This document shows positions 54,755 to 55,259 of a stretch of DNA of 55,259 nucleotides, piece by piece; within the stretch, counting starts at the first letter, position 1; each line of letters begins with the position of its first letter. The translations under genes were made by a program, and so were the position numbers. This stretch comes from Fibrobacterota bacterium. Lineage in GTDB: Bacteria > Fibrobacterota > OXYB2-FULL-49-7 > JAEUSG01. Location of the stretch: the NCBI GenBank assembly GCA_016788315.1, contig JAEUSG010000116.1:1-55259 (forward strand). The letters run 5' to 3'. The notes under the pieces were generated by a model, which worked only from the letters and a program-made list of their open reading frames with translations, had not been told where the DNA came from and did not search any database.

Positions 54755-55259
54755 ATGCAACCATGTACTATTAATTCAACAAACTACTTCGTCATGGTGT
54801 GCGAGGGAAAACACCCCATTACGCCAATCCGTGTTTGCCCACACATCTCCGGCTGGATGCTGGGGCGTGTCGTCGAACCGCCAGCAAAACTGCCGCTGCA
54901 TTACGAGTTGAACTCAAGACACCCGGGCAACCCGAAGGCAATGTACGACGAAAAATCGGTGCCGATCATGCACGACTCGGTTCGTGCCGTGCTGGAATGG
55001 GTTGGCGTTTCCAATATACAGTATTTCGATGCGGTGCTCAGCAACCCGCTCAGCGGGGAGATTCGACACGACTACAAAGCATTCAATATTGTTGGATTGG
55101 TCGCTTGCGCAGACATTACCGCGTCGCAGACGATGGGCATCTCGTCGTCAAGGGTGGGCGATACAGATTTCCACGGCCTCGTGATCGACGAAACCAAAAC
55201 TGACGGTACGCTGTTGTTCCGCCTCGCCGAAAACATCAGCGCGATCGTTGTGCATAAGA
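54755..55259 (+). CDS. Imm11/DUF1629-like predicted immunity protein (paralog 3, partial, high-GC)
   Basis: Not in the ORF track because it has no stop inside the window. My translation from ATG 54755 reads MQPCTINSTNYFVMVCEGKHPITPIRVCPHISGWMLGRVVEPPAKLPLHYELNSRHPGNPKAMYDEKSVPIMHDSVRAVLEWVGVSNIQYFDAVLSNPLSGEIRHDYKAFNIVGLVACADITASQTMGISSSRVGDTDFHGLVIDETKTDGTLLFRLAENISAIVVHK... It shares YKAFNI(I/V)GLV..AD and LFRLAEN..AIVV with paralog 1. Confidence 0.55.
   Translation, partial: MQPCTINSTNYFVMVCEGKHPITPIRVCPHISGWMLGRVVEPPAKLPLHYELNSRHPGNPKAMYDEKSVPIMHDSVRAVLEWVGVSNIQYFDAVLSNPLSGEIRHDYKAFNIVGLVACADITASQTMGISSSRVGDTDFHGLVIDETKTDGTLLFRLAENISAIVVHK

Noticed and set aside
54799-55203. 134-aa Arg-rich plus-strand ORF (and 54984..55184) at the window end
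   Set aside because: These are off-frame shadows in the high-GC segment. The frame that opens at ATG 54755 encodes a clear paralog of the two preceding genes.
1-55259. Search for tRNA, rRNA, CRISPR, transposase, integrase, and restriction-modification or other known defence genes
   Set aside because: No cloverleaf-like T-arm motifs appear in the intergenic regions. There are no short spaced direct repeats, and no ORF has DDE, tyrosine or serine recombinase, or helicase/nuclease defence-type motifs. This was by-eye inspection only, so small ncRNAs cannot be excluded.

Overview
This 55.3 kb window looks like chromosome from a low-GC anaerobe. The taxon is inferred, not verified: probably the FCB superphylum (Fibrobacterota/Chitinivibrionia-like or a related candidate phylum), because many type-A T9SS C-terminal sorting domains sit next to a ferredoxin-dependent 2-oxoacid oxidoreductase. 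I found no rRNA, tRNA, CRISPR array, transposase or integrase by eye.

Layout:
1. 0.1-5.6 kb: aryl-acid operon iorA-iorB-(paaK-ACT)x2.
2. 5.6-8.2 kb: a T9SS beta-helix protein and an orphan MtaA/URO-D-like methyltransferase.
3. 8.4-10.8 kb: a translationally coupled STAS-STAS / beta-CASP RNase / STAS operon.
4. 10.8-19.2 kb: cytoplasmic sugar phosphorolysis module (beta-PGM, GH65, GH94-like phosphorylase, SSF symporter, (alpha/alpha)6-like protein).
5. 19.3-48.3 kb: an island of large secreted proteins that all end in PNPF-type T9SS sorting domains. They fall into three paralog pairs (Kelch-like, PcRGLX-like, NHL propeller), plus a GH16, a SASA esterase and two AraC regulators, one of them membrane-tethered with a CBM9-like ectodomain. 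The island is interrupted by serA and a D-aminoacylase. It also contains a high-GC gene, an orphan sorting-domain remnant and a head-to-head pair of leaderless ORFs.
6. 48.4-55.3 kb: a lipoprotein with seven exactly periodic FN3-like repeats fused to BspA-type LRRs, followed by an operon of immunity-protein-like genes. That operon ends in three tandem Imm11/DUF1629-like paralogs, and the last one jumps to high GC.

All family assignments come from motif recognition by eye and need HMM confirmation.
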